Positions 1 to 10,851 of a stretch of DNA of 64,000 bases are shown here, in pieces. Numbering within the stretch: position 1 is the first letter of the stretch; each line of letters begins with the position of its first letter. Below the pieces are notes generated by a model, which was not told the DNA's origin, made no database searches, and was given only the letters and a program-made list of their open reading frames with translations. The DNA comes from Candidatus Thorarchaeota archaeon (GTDB taxonomy: Archaea; Asgardarchaeota; Thorarchaeia; Thorarchaeales; Thorarchaeaceae): positions 1 to 64,000 of the forward strand of contig JAWOEX010000013.1 of the NCBI GenBank assembly GCA_046482545.1, given 5' to 3'. Made by a program: the position numbers and the translations under genes.

Positions 1-3000
1 GAGTATTGGTCAACAGACGAATTGGATATTGCTTTTACTTCAAATGCCAGCATTTCATTCGACTACGAAGCGTTCTTACTTGAACACAGATTCCACAACT
101 CAAGTTGGACAACAAGCATAGAAGAGGAAGGAGTAGAGTATACTATATATGACAATCAGAGTGCAGAACTTGGAGTACATACGTATGTGGGGACGCAGGG
201 GGACTACCAGCATTTCAACGTGACAATCAGGTTTCCAAATGACTGGGAAAACGTAACTGTGGAAGATCCCTTCCTCAATGACGTAACAAATGAGTGCATA
301 ATCACACAGAATAATCTGACTATTCCGACTTTCCTTCTTGAATCGCTTGGTTGGTGGGAAGTAACATTTCAGTCACCTAATTATGCGAAATCAATTAGTT
401 CGCAAAAATATGTGGATTCATCGGAATGGATAACAGCCGACTTGTTCAGACCCGGGAACATTACTAGGACATCTGTTGAACTTGGAACCGAATCGGAAAC
501 GCCGGTGATAGCGGACCTAGTGAATCTTACATGGTACCTCCCAAATGGTTCAATCTGGTGGAATGAATCAATTTCATCGGGAATAGCAGGATCACTGAAC
601 TCCAGTTCAATAACGTTTGGTGCAACGAATACTACTGCAGGTGAATGGTACATCGAAATGGAGTGGATGAATGGTACTGAGATAGCTTATGCATCATCTT
701 CCTTCTCGTTGTATCATATTGCTAGCTTAACGCCCGAATACAGCATTGTGAACGGCGACGTTGGACAAACTATAACCAATGCGCTCCGTTTTCAAAATGG
801 GTATACTGGAGAATACCTGATGAGTGATGACGCCACTTTGGTTGGAAACTGGTCGGGAGATTCAGTTCAGTTTGCTCCCAATGTTGTGAAGAATTGGTGG
901 GAAGGCGATTTTGATACTTCACTATCGGGAGGCGGCAACTTCACAGTTCTTGTACAAGCATCAAAACCATTCTATGACGAGGTGAATTGCACCTTCCACA
1001 TTGTTGCCACGTACACAACCCAGATGGAAACCGATGCTCCTTCAGATGTTCCAACTGAAATCGGGTTAAATGAGGTATATACTCTGAATGTATCATATCA
1101 GTTATCGAATGACACAGGCATTGAAGGGGCAACAATCAGCGTCAATTATACCGGACCTACCGACGGATTAGATATTGATTCTCCTGTGCCACAATCCGCA
1201 GGAGAGTATCAGGTGACAATGACTGGAAAGAAATCAGGAACGTATGTGGTCACCGTTGAAACCTCAAAGAGCTTCCATGATCCTCAATCTGATTCATTTA
1301 CATTGATTGTCGAGGAAACTGGCACCACACTCACACTAATCAATGGAACATCGTGCTTCGTGAGATATGGCAATGACTACAGGTACGTCGTTCAATACAA
1401 GAACTCCTCGGGTGATGGGCTTGAGGGTGCAAATATCAGTATAGAAAATGTGGAACCATCGTCGGGTCTTGAATATGCTTCGACAAATTATGTAGGAGAA
1501 GGACTCTATTCTATCCTTCTAACTCCAACAGATACTACCACATTTACGATATTAATCAAAGCCACGAAGGCAAATCATGAAACTCAGTACAGTACATTCA
1601 CCCTTACCGTAACTGAAGTCCCCACATCCTTGACACTGAATGCAACCAGTGTAACAATCTCCGTCCAAGAGCAATTCGTTCTTGGTTTAGTTTTTGAAGA
1701 CGAAACGGGAACACCGATTCCTGGTGCCACTATTGTAGCCCAGAATACACCTGCAGAACTTGATTTCTCTCCGGTGACAGATTATGGCGACGGCAATTAT
1801 TCGCTTGTCATCGATCCCTTATACGTTGGGTCATATTTATTGTCGTTTTCAGCTTCTAAGGACAATTACCTGTCTGGATACGAGTCATTCTCACTGAACG
1901 TTGATGAAATCGGTACGGCGTTGATTCATCAAAATGGAACAGCAGATAGCATACGGTTCGGTGGGGAATATAACCTCGTTGTAAGATATGTGAACAGCTC
2001 CGGATACGGCCTGCTTGGAGCAGGTGTAACGGTTTCGAGTGTATTGCCAGAAAGCGGATTGGAATATGGCACAACACAGGAAATTGGAGATGGATACTAC
2101 GGGCTTCTTTTGACTCCGGATTCTGCTGATACGTACACAATTGTGGTGAAAGCGAACCTCACAAATCACGAGACTCAGTTTACGACCTTTTCACTTACAG
2201 TTAGTGAAATTCCCACCAGCCTCACTTCTATACCCTCCAGTAGTACAATCGCTTTCGATTTGAATGAGACTGTTAAGCTGATATTTGAGGATGAGAATCA
2301 AAACCGTTTAGAAGGGGCCACCATAACGGTTCTGAACATCCCGGAAGGGCTGGAAGTTTCAGGAATTAGCGAACAAGGTAATGGAACCTATGAAGTTGTT
2401 CTCAACCCAAGTGAAGTCGGGTCTTACTCAATCCTACTAAGAGCCAGTTTGGAGAACTATCAGAATTCTACAGTTGGTTTTAGTCTACTGGTGAAAGAGA
2501 TTCCAACCGAGTTACTATTCTTAGAGAGCGATGGATCAGCATCCGTGAGCTTCTCCGACCCTTTCACTATAGAGATGATTTATGCCCGAACAGATTTGAA
2601 TCAGAATGTCACTGAGGCCAATATCAATATCACCCTAAGTCAACCAGATGGGCCTGCCTTCACTCTCACGTCTGTGGGTGAAATCTATAGGATTATGTTT
2701 GACACCGAGTACATAGGATCGTGGATTATTAATATCAAAGCCACAAGAGAGAACTACGAACCTAAAACTCGCGAATTCAAACTCACAATACAAAAAATCC
2801 AAACTGTAATTACAGATATAACATTGCAGGATGATTTCTTGTACGATCACACCTACACTTTAGACTACGATTACCTTGTTAGCTCCAATCGAACAGGAAT
2901 CAATGGAGCAGATGTTTCTGTATCAGGGATTGATGATGACTGGGTTGAGATATTCTCTCCGGGAGATGGACTGTATAGAATCAATTTAACTCCAACAAGC

Positions 3001-4182
3001 CTTGGTACCTATTCAGCTGTCTTCTCGTTTTCCAAGATGGGTTGCGCGTCTCAGACCTCATCGCTTGAATTCCATGTTGATGAAGTGCCAGTAGGTATTT
3101 CGCTCCTCGATGAATTAACTGATATTGCACAAGAAGAGAAAACACTCAGAATCCGATTTTACGAAAGGGAAACAGATATCCCTGTATCAGACGCAACGGT
3201 TACCTATGTAATATTCGGCTCGGAAAGGGGGTTGTGGAGAGAGGGGACTTTCACTGAAGAGGAGGATGGCATCTATTCAGCTACATTCACCATGCCTCCT
3301 GCAGATAATCAAGATTACCACATCAAAATCAGGATGGACAAACCAAACTACGTGCTGGAGGAGGATTCCGGAGTATACCCGATTAGTCCGTATCTCAGTG
3401 ACGAGGCATTCATGGGTCGGTTTGTCACAACCTATATGCTACCATTTTCCGTCATAGGGGCAGGGCTGGTTATTGCCTACGGGACGTATATCTTATACAG
3501 AAGGAAGAAACATGAAAGAACAGTTCAACAGAACCGTATCAAGAGAGTCTTCACAGATGCGCAGAACCTGCTTGGAGTATTGATTCTTAACACGGAAAGC
3601 GGTATTCCATTGTACTCTAGAATCATTAGAGAAGAGCTTGATGATACAGTAATCTCTGCATTCATATCCGCAATAACTCAATTCAAGTCAGAATTTGATT
3701 TAGCATCGCCGTATGAGGAGTGGGAGGTGACACCCATTTCAGACCTGATTCGTATAGTAGCCACCAAGGATCTGATATGTGCGTTTATCGTCGTACGGGA
3801 GCCAAGCGAGACACAAAAGGAGAAGATGAAACTATTTGCTCAGAAAGTAGACTCTATCTGGAGCGAAGTCTATCAAACCACACCATCAGAGGTGCTTGAT
3901 TCCACTACCAAGAGGGAGTTTGATAAGTTATTTGATGATGTACTAGATGCATCGCTGCTCAAGACACACGAAGTGGTCGATGAATCACAGCTTCCCGAGG
4001 AATTGAGAGACCTTGAGGACAAAATTGAAGGGATTGATGAAGATAGTCTCGATTTGACCAAGCTAGCACAGAGCTTGGTGGCTCGTGGCCTTGAAGAGAG
4101 AGAAGCATACACCCTCATAATGGATGCCTTAAAGAAACGTGCAATAGCAGAGACGGATGAGACCGCACCCGATAGGCTCTAA
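1..4182 (+). CDS. Very large membrane-anchored surface protein: repeated Ig-like beta domains, one TM helix, cytoplasmic longin/roadblock-like C-terminus (5' partial)
   Basis: Frame is open from base 1. About 100-aa beta-rich repeats (G.GI.GA.I...G.Y...L.P), many NxS/T sequons, TM segment MLPFSVIGAGLVIAYGTYILY-RRKK, then LLGVLILNTESGIPLYS...ISAFISAITQF. Confidence 0.75.
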   Translation, partial: EYWSTDELDIAFTSNASISFDYEAFLLEHRFHNSSWTTSIEEEGVEYTIYDNQSAELGVHTYVGTQGDYQHFNVTIRFPNDWENVTVEDPFLNDVTNECIITQNNLTIPTFLLESLGWWEVTFQSPNYAKSISSQKYVDSSEWITADLFRPGNITRTSVELGTESETPVIADLVNLTWYLPNGSIWWNESISSGIAGSLNSSSITFGATNTTAGEWYIEMEWMNGTEIAYASSSFSLYHIASLTPEYSIVNGDVGQTITNALRFQNGYTGEYLMSDDATLVGNWSGDSVQFAPNVVKNWWEGDFDTSLSGGGNFTVLVQASKPFYDEVNCTFHIVATYTTQMETDAPSDVPTEIGLNEVYTLNVSYQLSNDTGIEGATISVNYTGPTDGLDIDSPVPQSAGEYQVTMTGKKSGTYVVTVETSKSFHDPQSDSFTLIVEETGTTLTLINGTSCFVRYGNDYRYVVQYKNSSGDGLEGANISIENVEPSSGLEYASTNYVGEGLYSILLTPTDTTTFTILIKATKANHETQYSTFTLTVTEVPTSLTLNATSVTISVQEQFVLGLVFEDETGTPIPGATIVAQNTPAELDFSPVTDYGDGNYSLVIDPLYVGSYLLSFSASKDNYLSGYESFSLNVDEIGTALIHQNGTADSIRFGGEYNLVVRYVNSSGYGLLGAGVTVSSVLPESGLEYGTTQEIGDGYYGLLLTPDSADTYTIVVKANLTNHETQFTTFSLTVSEIPTSLTSIPSSSTIAFDLNETVKLIFEDENQNRLEGATITVLNIPEGLEVSGISEQGNGTYEVVLNPSEVGSYSILLRASLENYQNSTVGFSLLVKEIPTELLFLESDGSASVSFSDPFTIEMIYARTDLNQNVTEANINITLSQPDGPAFTLTSVGEIYRIMFDTEYIGSWIINIKATRENYEPKTREFKLTIQKIQTVITDITLQDDFLYDHTYTLDYDYLVSSNRTGINGADVSVSGIDDDWVEIFSPGDGLYRINLTPTSLGTYSAVFSFSKMGCASQTSSLEFHVDEVPVGISLLDELTDIAQEEKTLRIRFYERETDIPVSDATVTYVIFGSERGLWREGTFTEEEDGIYSATFTMPPADNQDYHIKIRMDKPNYVLEEDSGVYPISPYLSDEAFMGRFVTTYMLPFSVIGAGLVIAYGTYILYRRKKHERTVQQNRIKRVFTDAQNLLGVLILNTESGIPLYSRIIREELDDTVISAFISAITQFKSEFDLASPYEEWEVTPISDLIRIVATKDLICAFIVVREPSETQKEKMKLFAQKVDSIWSEVYQTTPSEVLDSTTKREFDKLFDDVLDASLLKTHEVVDESQLPEELRDLEDKIEGIDEDSLDLTKLAQSLVARGLEEREAYTLIMDALKKRAIAETDETAPDRL

Positions 4183-4197
4183 GGTTCCCAAGAGACC

Positions 4198-6213
4198 CTA
4201 GGTCGCAGGCTTTTCAAGGCGTTTCGCATTGATGGCAACAATCACGGTGCTGAGGCTCATCACAATTGCTCCAAAGGCGGGTCCAGGGAGGATACCAAAG
4301 CCTGCAAGTATGCCTGCAGCCAATGGAATTGCCACGGCATTATATCCTGTTGCCCAAGCGAGATTCTGAATCATTTTGGAATAGGTTCGCTTAGAAAGGC
4401 CAAGAATATCCACCACATCTCGCGGATCATTCTTCACGAGAACTATATCTGCAGTCTCCACTGCGACATCAGTGCCTGCACCAATAGCAATTCCCACATC
4501 AGCCTGAGCAAGTGCAGGAGCATCGTTGACCCCATCCCCGACCATAGCAACCGAGCCATATTCCTCTTGGGCTTGTTTGACTCTTTTTGCTTTCTCATCT
4601 GGAAGAACTTCAGCGTAGAAATCGTCAAGGCCAAGCTCGCTGGCCACCCACTCCGCGACGTACCTGTTATCTCCTGTCAGCATAAGGCATTTGATTCCTT
4701 TAGATTTCAAACTGTCAATAGCTTCCCGTGATTCATCTCTGATTTTGTCAGCCAAGGCCAATGCTCCGATGGGCTCCTCATCTTTGACAACGTAGACTAC
4801 CGTTTTGCCCTGCTGCTCTACAGCTTTGATTTCCTCATTTTCGAAGCCCCCGGTCAGTTCTTTAAGGTACTCAGGGCTTATGATCTGAAGATTTTGACCT
4901 TTTACCACTCCTGCCACGCCTTTTCCTGGAATTGCCTCGAAATCATCAACATCAAATAGCGGGAGATTCCGTTCCTTCGCACTGTTCACAATGCCGCGGG
5001 CCAAGAGATGCTCCGAATGGTTTTCTATTGATGCCGCGCGTTGAAGGATTTCTTCTCTATCCATGCTGCCAATTGAGAGAATGTCTGTGACTCCGAAAGA
5101 TCCGACAGTTAGCGTGCCAGTTTTATCGAATATGACCGCTTGCACATTTCTGGCACGTTCAAAGGATTGCCTATCTCGAATCAGAAGACCAGAACGAGCA
5201 GCCAGCGAGGTTGATACGGCAACAACAAGGGGGATAGCAAGACCTAGGGCGTGGGGGCAAGTTATCACCATCACTGTAGCTGCTCTCTCAATGGCAAACC
5301 CAAAGTCTGCTCCCAGAAATGACCACGATGCGAGTGTGATTGTCCCAACCGACAGTGAGATTATAGTGAGCCAGAATGCCGCTCGATTTGCTAGGTCCTG
5401 CGTCTTGGACTTGCTCTCCTGTGCTTCACGAACCATGTCCACAACTTGGTTTAGGTAGGTGTCTTTGCCCGTCTTCTCCACTTCTATCCGTAGTGACCCT
5501 TCTTGGTTGATTGAACCACCAATAACCTCATCGTTCTTGGATTTAGAAACTGGTTTCGATTCACCTGTTAACATGGCCTGATTGACGGTTGATGCGCCTT
5601 CAATTATTACACCGTCAACTGGAATTTTCTCACCTGGGCGGACAAGGACTATATCTCTTGGCTTCAAATCCTCAACATTCACATCTTCGATTGAACCATT
5701 TTTCACACGGTGTGCGTCAGATGGGAGCACTTTCACAAGCTCCTCCAATGCTCGGGAAGCGCCCAGAACTGATCGCATCTCAATCCAGTGACCAAGCAGC
5801 ATGATATCGATTAGTGTAACAAGCTCCCAGAAGAACAGCGAACCCTGAAGCCCAAAAACCACTGCAGAACTATAGCCAAATGCGACAGTAATTGCAACGG
5901 AGATAAGCGTCATCATCCCGGGTTGACCATCTCGTATCTCGCCTACAAACCCCTTGAGAAACGGGTATCCTCCCCAGAAGTAAACCACTGTTGAAATACC
6001 AAAGAGAACATACAGGGATCCTGGAAACTGGAACTCGATTCCGATAAACCCTTGGACCGCGGGGGATAATGCCAGAATTGGGACGGTTGCCAGAAGTGAG
6101 CCTAGGAACCGCCTCTTGAAATCATGCATCATGTTTCGATGATGATTCTCTTGGTCGTGTTGGCCTTCTTCATTTGGATGATTACGCGAAGCATCTTCAG
6201 AGTGCGAAGCCAT
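4198..6213 (-). CDS. copB: Copper-translocating P1B-type ATPase (CopB/P1B-3 type)
   Basis: His-rich N-terminus, TGES, CPHAL, DKTGT, GDGVNDAP, YN and MSLST motifs. Confidence 0.9.
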   Translation of the reverse strand: MASHSEDASRNHPNEEGQHDQENHHRNMMHDFKRRFLGSLLATVPILALSPAVQGFIGIEFQFPGSLYVLFGISTVVYFWGGYPFLKGFVGEIRDGQPGMMTLISVAITVAFGYSSAVVFGLQGSLFFWELVTLIDIMLLGHWIEMRSVLGASRALEELVKVLPSDAHRVKNGSIEDVNVEDLKPRDIVLVRPGEKIPVDGVIIEGASTVNQAMLTGESKPVSKSKNDEVIGGSINQEGSLRIEVEKTGKDTYLNQVVDMVREAQESKSKTQDLANRAAFWLTIISLSVGTITLASWSFLGADFGFAIERAATVMVITCPHALGLAIPLVVAVSTSLAARSGLLIRDRQSFERARNVQAVIFDKTGTLTVGSFGVTDILSIGSMDREEILQRAASIENHSEHLLARGIVNSAKERNLPLFDVDDFEAIPGKGVAGVVKGQNLQIISPEYLKELTGGFENEEIKAVEQQGKTVVYVVKDEEPIGALALADKIRDESREAIDSLKSKGIKCLMLTGDNRYVAEWVASELGLDDFYAEVLPDEKAKRVKQAQEEYGSVAMVGDGVNDAPALAQADVGIAIGAGTDVAVETADIVLVKNDPRDVVDILGLSKRTYSKMIQNLAWATGYNAVAIPLAAGILAGFGILPGPAFGAIVMSLSTVIVAINAKRLEKPAT

Positions 6214-6479
6214 CTTCTGGGTTCCTCCAATGAATGATTATTCTATTACCGGCCGCATATAAATCATACAGAATCTGAGCTTGTTGGGATCTCGGAGGTA
6301 TTTACGGGAAAACTCTCCAAATGAAAATGGGGGTGTATTCCTCTAATGTCAGGATAGTCTACTGAATGACATCACCCGAGTTTTTGGGCATTTCATCAAA
6401 GTATGAAACTCCTTGAGTAGCGGCTTCGGTCTGTTTTCTATCGATTTATATAAACTGCGGAGATTCTTTGAGGGGGCTT

Positions 6480-6860
6480 TTCAATGGCCGGTTTCTGGTT
6501 TCTATTCTTCAAGCTAATCACTCAGATGATAGTGCGCCCATATCCTGTCTCCCACAAGATAGGCACCAGACGACATTTGGTGGGTTCAAGAACATGCTTT
6601 TGGGTTATGCTCTTCTTGAATAGAGCGGAAAGAAATAGGGCTCTATGGAAACAGATTACAACTAAGAACTTTATGTTAGTTCCCGTCGGTTACCGGTTCC
6701 GCGTGATGAGAACACCGGGAAATAAAATCGGTGGTAAAAAGGGGCGCCAGAGAAACTCTGCATGTATTATCTGCGCTGATACAATTTGAATCTACACCTT
6801 ATATAGTTGAGAAACATCTTCATCGTAATAGGGCAGTTGCAAAACCTGAAGCAATGGATG
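6480..6860 (+). ncRNA. Candidate structured non-coding RNA of unknown family
   Basis: TATA-like TTTATATAAA at 6445-6454, followed by a run of hairpins closed by long-range pairs. No convincing ORF. Confidence 0.35.
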
Positions 6861-7826
6861 TTGTTTCATTGTAGGAGAAAGGGGGGACCCTTTCTCTTGA
6901 TGGCAATAGATTCAAAGTAGTTGCGAAGGGGCGTCTACTCAGGTTCTCTTCTTAAGATAGACACCAACAAGAAGCATCAGCACGCCAGAATGGCATCTCT
7001 ATCACCTTAATACTATCAGTTACTCCGACAAATCACCAAGCCATTAATCCCGCAACGAGTTACTCTTTGGTTCCACTCCTTGGCCGATTTTACGTGAGAA
7101 AGTATTGCTGCTAGTGACAATAATAAAAATATGCTCGGAAGAAGAAACATTGGTTTTCTGATTATTGACATGAAATTGCACAAACAGATGAGGAAAGAGA
7201 TACGAATTTTTCTCTATCCAAGATAAAAATGCTTGTTCAAGCGTTCAGCTCCCATTTCCGTTTGCACCCTATCCAATCGGTAATTAGTCCGTTCTCCGAA
7301 AGTTATCTGTCCACACATGCATGTTTTCTAGGTGCCTAAACAACCAGAACACTATTCATGGGGATCATTGAATCTGATATCATCCTAGAAAATAGGCTAG
7401 TGCACAAATAATGAACAGGATAATGCCGATTACTCCAATCAAAATACAACACCAATTATGGTGACCCATACTATCAGCTACAAGTTTCCACCTATACTCC
7501 GGACCGAGAAAGTCACTGCGTATTCTGTTCTTTACAGTAATCTCCGCACTGTTCATCCTTATGCGCGAGCCTCCCTTCTCAATGATCCATTCTAATCCTA
7601 AGAGGTTTTTTGGACTTAATTGTGTTACTGCGGAAAATCAGATTTGGTCACTCAAGGGGCAAACAACAGAAACGGCATCACAGGGAGAGCCATCTCCCTC
7701 TTGTAAAACTATAGTCCCAAAGCTATACTAGAGGAGCTACGAAGTCACACTTCTTCTTGAGCTTTCTGGATGGGGGTTCCGTCATCACCTGAGGAGAGAG
7801 CAAACCAGAGATGTCCTATCAGGGAT

Positions 7827-8159
7827 TCACATCTCTATCTCCTTGTGGAAGCATGATTCCTTACCAAGGTGACATGCCACTCCAGTCTGGTCTACAATAT
7901 ATACAATAGAGTCATTGTCACAGTCGGCAAGGATTCTCTTGACTTCCTGTACGTTTCCTGAAGTTACTCCTTTCTTCATCACTCGACCATGAGATCTCCG
8001 AAAATAGTGAGCATAACCAGTCTCTAGCGTTTTGTCTAATGCCTTTCTATTAACGTATGCAAGGGTGAGAATCTCGCCGCTGTCATTGCTCTGAACAACG
8101 ACAGGAATCAGACCATTGCCTTTTTTGAAATCCAAGTCTTCAATCTCAATTCTAATCAA
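7827..8159 (-). CDS. hisI: Phosphoribosyl-AMP cyclohydrolase
   Basis: [20 protein letters not shown] and ACH...SCF motifs. Confidence 0.95.
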   Translation of the reverse strand: MIRIEIEDLDFKKGNGLIPVVVQSNDSGEILTLAYVNRKALDKTLETGYAHYFRRSHGRVMKKGVTSGNVQEVKRILADCDNDSIVYIVDQTGVACHLGKESCFHKEIEM

Positions 8160-8947
8160 CTTCGTATCACCACTCCGTTTTCACACAAGTATTTCTTAAT
8201 GACCGGAATCGGATAAGAACTGAAGTGAAAGACCGATGCCGCCAGAGCAGCATCTGCAACACCTTCTTGGAGGACAGATAGAAAATGAGCGGGTTCACCT
8301 GCTCCGCCACTTGCAATAACAGGGATTCTTACTGAATGTGCGATTGCTTCAGTTAGTTCTACATCATATCCGGTCTTTGTTCCGTCTCTGTCCATTGAGG
8401 TGAGGAGAATCTCTCCAGCACCCAACTGTTCGACTTTCTTCGCCCAATCAATACTGTCAATTCCAGTTGCTTTTCTTCCACCGTGAATGTACACCTGAGC
8501 TGCTGGCGAATGTTCCTTTTCCATACCCTCATTGGCTGGTGAGAGCCGCTTAACATCAATTGCGACCACAATGCATTGTGAGCCAAAAACGTTCACAGCT
8601 TCAGCAATAAGATTCGGATTTTCCACGGCGGCGGTATTGAGGGTGACTTTGTCGGCTCCCTTCTTGAGAACCGATCTGATATCTTGAAGGTTTCTTAAAC
8701 CTCCACCTACTGTGAATGGGATATCGAGTTTGGATGCAATTGCAGCAACAGTGTCACCAAGAATTTCCCTGGATTCCACTGATGCTGTTATGTCTAAGAA
8801 TACTAGCTCATCCGCCCCATTATCCCTATATCTGATAGCAAGCTCCACCGGGTCTCCAGCATCCCTCAAATCAACGAAATTGATTCCTTTCACGACCCGC
8901 CCATGATTCACATCTAGGCAGGGGATTATCCTCTTTGCAAGAGTCAT
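8156..8947 (-). CDS. hisF: Imidazole glycerol phosphate synthase cyclase subunit
   Basis: [35 protein letters not shown] motifs. Confidence 0.97.
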   Translation of the reverse strand: MTLAKRIIPCLDVNHGRVVKGINFVDLRDAGDPVELAIRYRDNGADELVFLDITASVESREILGDTVAAIASKLDIPFTVGGGLRNLQDIRSVLKKGADKVTLNTAAVENPNLIAEAVNVFGSQCIVVAIDVKRLSPANEGMEKEHSPAAQVYIHGGRKATGIDSIDWAKKVEQLGAGEILLTSMDRDGTKTGYDVELTEAIAHSVRIPVIASGGAGEPAHFLSVLQEGVADAALAASVFHFSSYPIPVIKKYLCENGVVIRS

Positions 8948-9672
8948 TGCTGCTCCTCCAGTGCATCTATTGCTTCTTTAAGTGAGAACCGCCTTTCATA
9001 CAATGCTTTTCCCACAACTACGCCTCTTACCCCTATATGCGAAAGCTCTGCAATGTCCTTCAAAGAAGATACACCACCAGCGGCCATGATATTGAGGTCT
9101 TTTCGTGAACACATCGTAGTAAGCTTTGCAATATCTGGCCCCTCAAGAGTACCATCTCTGTCTATCGCAGTAAGTAGAAACCACTTGAAACCAATTTCTG
9201 AAAGATGACTGATACCTTCATAGACAGATGTTTCAGTTTCTGTTGACCACCCATCAATACAAACACGATTTTGTCGATAGTCGAGAGCAACTACGATGCT
9301 TTCCGGACCATACTCTCTCAGTAAACTAATTGCATTCTGCATATTTCTGATTATCATGGAACCCAGAATAGCACGGCACCGATCGTTCCGTAGTAATTTC
9401 GTTGCAATAGTGGGCGATCTTAGTCCTCCCCCAATTTGGAATTTGCAGTCGACCTTATTGATGATTTCTTGAATTCTCTCACGGTTGTTTCCATGCCCTT
9501 TCGCCCCGTCTAGGTCGATTATGTGTATCGTCTTTGCACCACTATCCGCCCATAAAGACGCTATTTCTAGAGGAGTTCCCCAGTCAGAGTAACTGCACTG
9601 TTTCTTGGAATCGCCCTTGCGTAGTCTTACAACCTTCCCGCCCATCAAATCAATTGCTGGAATGATTTCCAT
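8944..9672 (-). CDS. hisA: ProFAR isomerase
   Basis: [37 protein letters not shown]. Start moved to ATG 9672. Confidence 0.95.
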   Translation of the reverse strand: MEIIPAIDLMGGKVVRLRKGDSKKQCSYSDWGTPLEIASLWADSGAKTIHIIDLDGAKGHGNNRERIQEIINKVDCKFQIGGGLRSPTIATKLLRNDRCRAILGSMIIRNMQNAISLLREYGPESIVVALDYRQNRVCIDGWSTETETSVYEGISHLSEIGFKWFLLTAIDRDGTLEGPDIAKLTTMCSRKDLNIMAAGGVSSLKDIAELSHIGVRGVVVGKALYERRFSLKEAIDALEEQQ

Positions 9673-9676
9673 TACC

Positions 9677-10279
9677 TTAACCCTCCGCAATCCTGAGAAA
9701 GCATGACAGGAGTTTTCCACCATCAGACCCTGACTTCTCCGGATGAAACTGCGTGCCAAAGAAGCTCCCGTACTGTACGACCGATGGAAACAAGATTCCG
9801 TACTCGGTTTCCGCCATTATTACAGACTTATTACTCGGTTGTACGAAATAGGAATGAGCGAAGTAAAACCAGGAATCTTCATCTACTTCAGTCAAAAGCG
9901 GGCTATTGCCAACAGACAAGAGCTGATTCCACCCCATATGGGGCACTTTCACTGTTCTTGGAAATCTATGAACCTTCCCCGGTATTATCTCTAGGCCTTC
10001 CGCGTTTCCTTCCTCACTGTATTCGAAAACTAGCTGCAGTCCGAGGCAGATTCCTAGTATCGGTACCGAGGATTCTAGATACGTTTTAATGATTCTGCTG
10101 AATCGCTTGATTCGCCTAGCGGCTACAGAGAAACTCCCGACCCCGGGAATCACAAGTGCCTCAACATTGCCTATCTCCTGAGGGGTTCTACATATTTTTA
10201 CTTCGGCTCCTTTACGTTCTAGAGCATTCTGTATACTAAACAGATTACCTGCTCCGTAATCGATGATGGCCAGAATCAT
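9677..10279 (-). CDS. hisH: IGP synthase glutamine amidotransferase subunit
   Basis: IIDYGAGN, PGVGSF, GICLGLQ, VPHMGWN, QFHPEKS motifs. Confidence 0.97.
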   Translation of the reverse strand: MILAIIDYGAGNLFSIQNALERKGAEVKICRTPQEIGNVEALVIPGVGSFSVAARRIKRFSRIIKTYLESSVPILGICLGLQLVFEYSEEGNAEGLEIIPGKVHRFPRTVKVPHMGWNQLLSVGNSPLLTEVDEDSWFYFAHSYFVQPSNKSVIMAETEYGILFPSVVQYGSFFGTQFHPEKSGSDGGKLLSCFLRIAEG

Positions 10280-10851
10280 AGACACCCCTTTGTGCTCTGT
10301 GGTAGATTCTTTACATCTCGATATCTGATTGCTTGCCTCATAGCCAAAGCTACCGCTTTGAAAGCAGCTTCAGCCTTGTGATGGTCGTTCTCACCATATT
10401 CTACATTCGTGTGCAAGTCAATTCTCATCGAAGCCGCAAGAGTTCTGATGAAATGTACCAAATCCTCTGTTGCAGTATCTTCTATTCGTGAACGTTTGAA
10501 ACCAAGATCAATGACCGCATAGGGACGTTCAGCTAAGTCTATAGCTGCCCGGGCAAGCGAATCCTCCATTGGTACAAAGGAAAATCCGAATCTTTCTACA
10601 TTTTCTCTGTTCCCGAGGGCTTCACCTAGAGCTTGTCCAAGAATCAAGGCGGCATCTTCTATGATATGGTGTTTGAGATCACCTTCTGCAATCATTTTGA
10701 TATCTATCAAGCTGTGTGTAGAGAACGTTCCAAGCATATGCGAGAAGAAAGCAGGAGTAACCTGCAATTCGTGCTTACCGGTACCGTCAAGATTGACCTC
10801 AACAGTGATATCCGTCTCACGAGTCCTTCTGCTAGAAGTTGCTTTCCTCAT
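10276..10851 (-). CDS. hisB: Imidazoleglycerol-phosphate dehydratase (monofunctional)
   Basis: R.TRETDI, HHIIED and NDHHKAEA motifs. Start MRKAT at 10851. Confidence 0.95.
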   Translation of the reverse strand: MRKATSSRRTRETDITVEVNLDGTGKHELQVTPAFFSHMLGTFSTHSLIDIKMIAEGDLKHHIIEDAALILGQALGEALGNRENVERFGFSFVPMEDSLARAAIDLAERPYAVIDLGFKRSRIEDTATEDLVHFIRTLAASMRIDLHTNVEYGENDHHKAEAAFKAVALAMRQAIRYRDVKNLPQSTKGCL

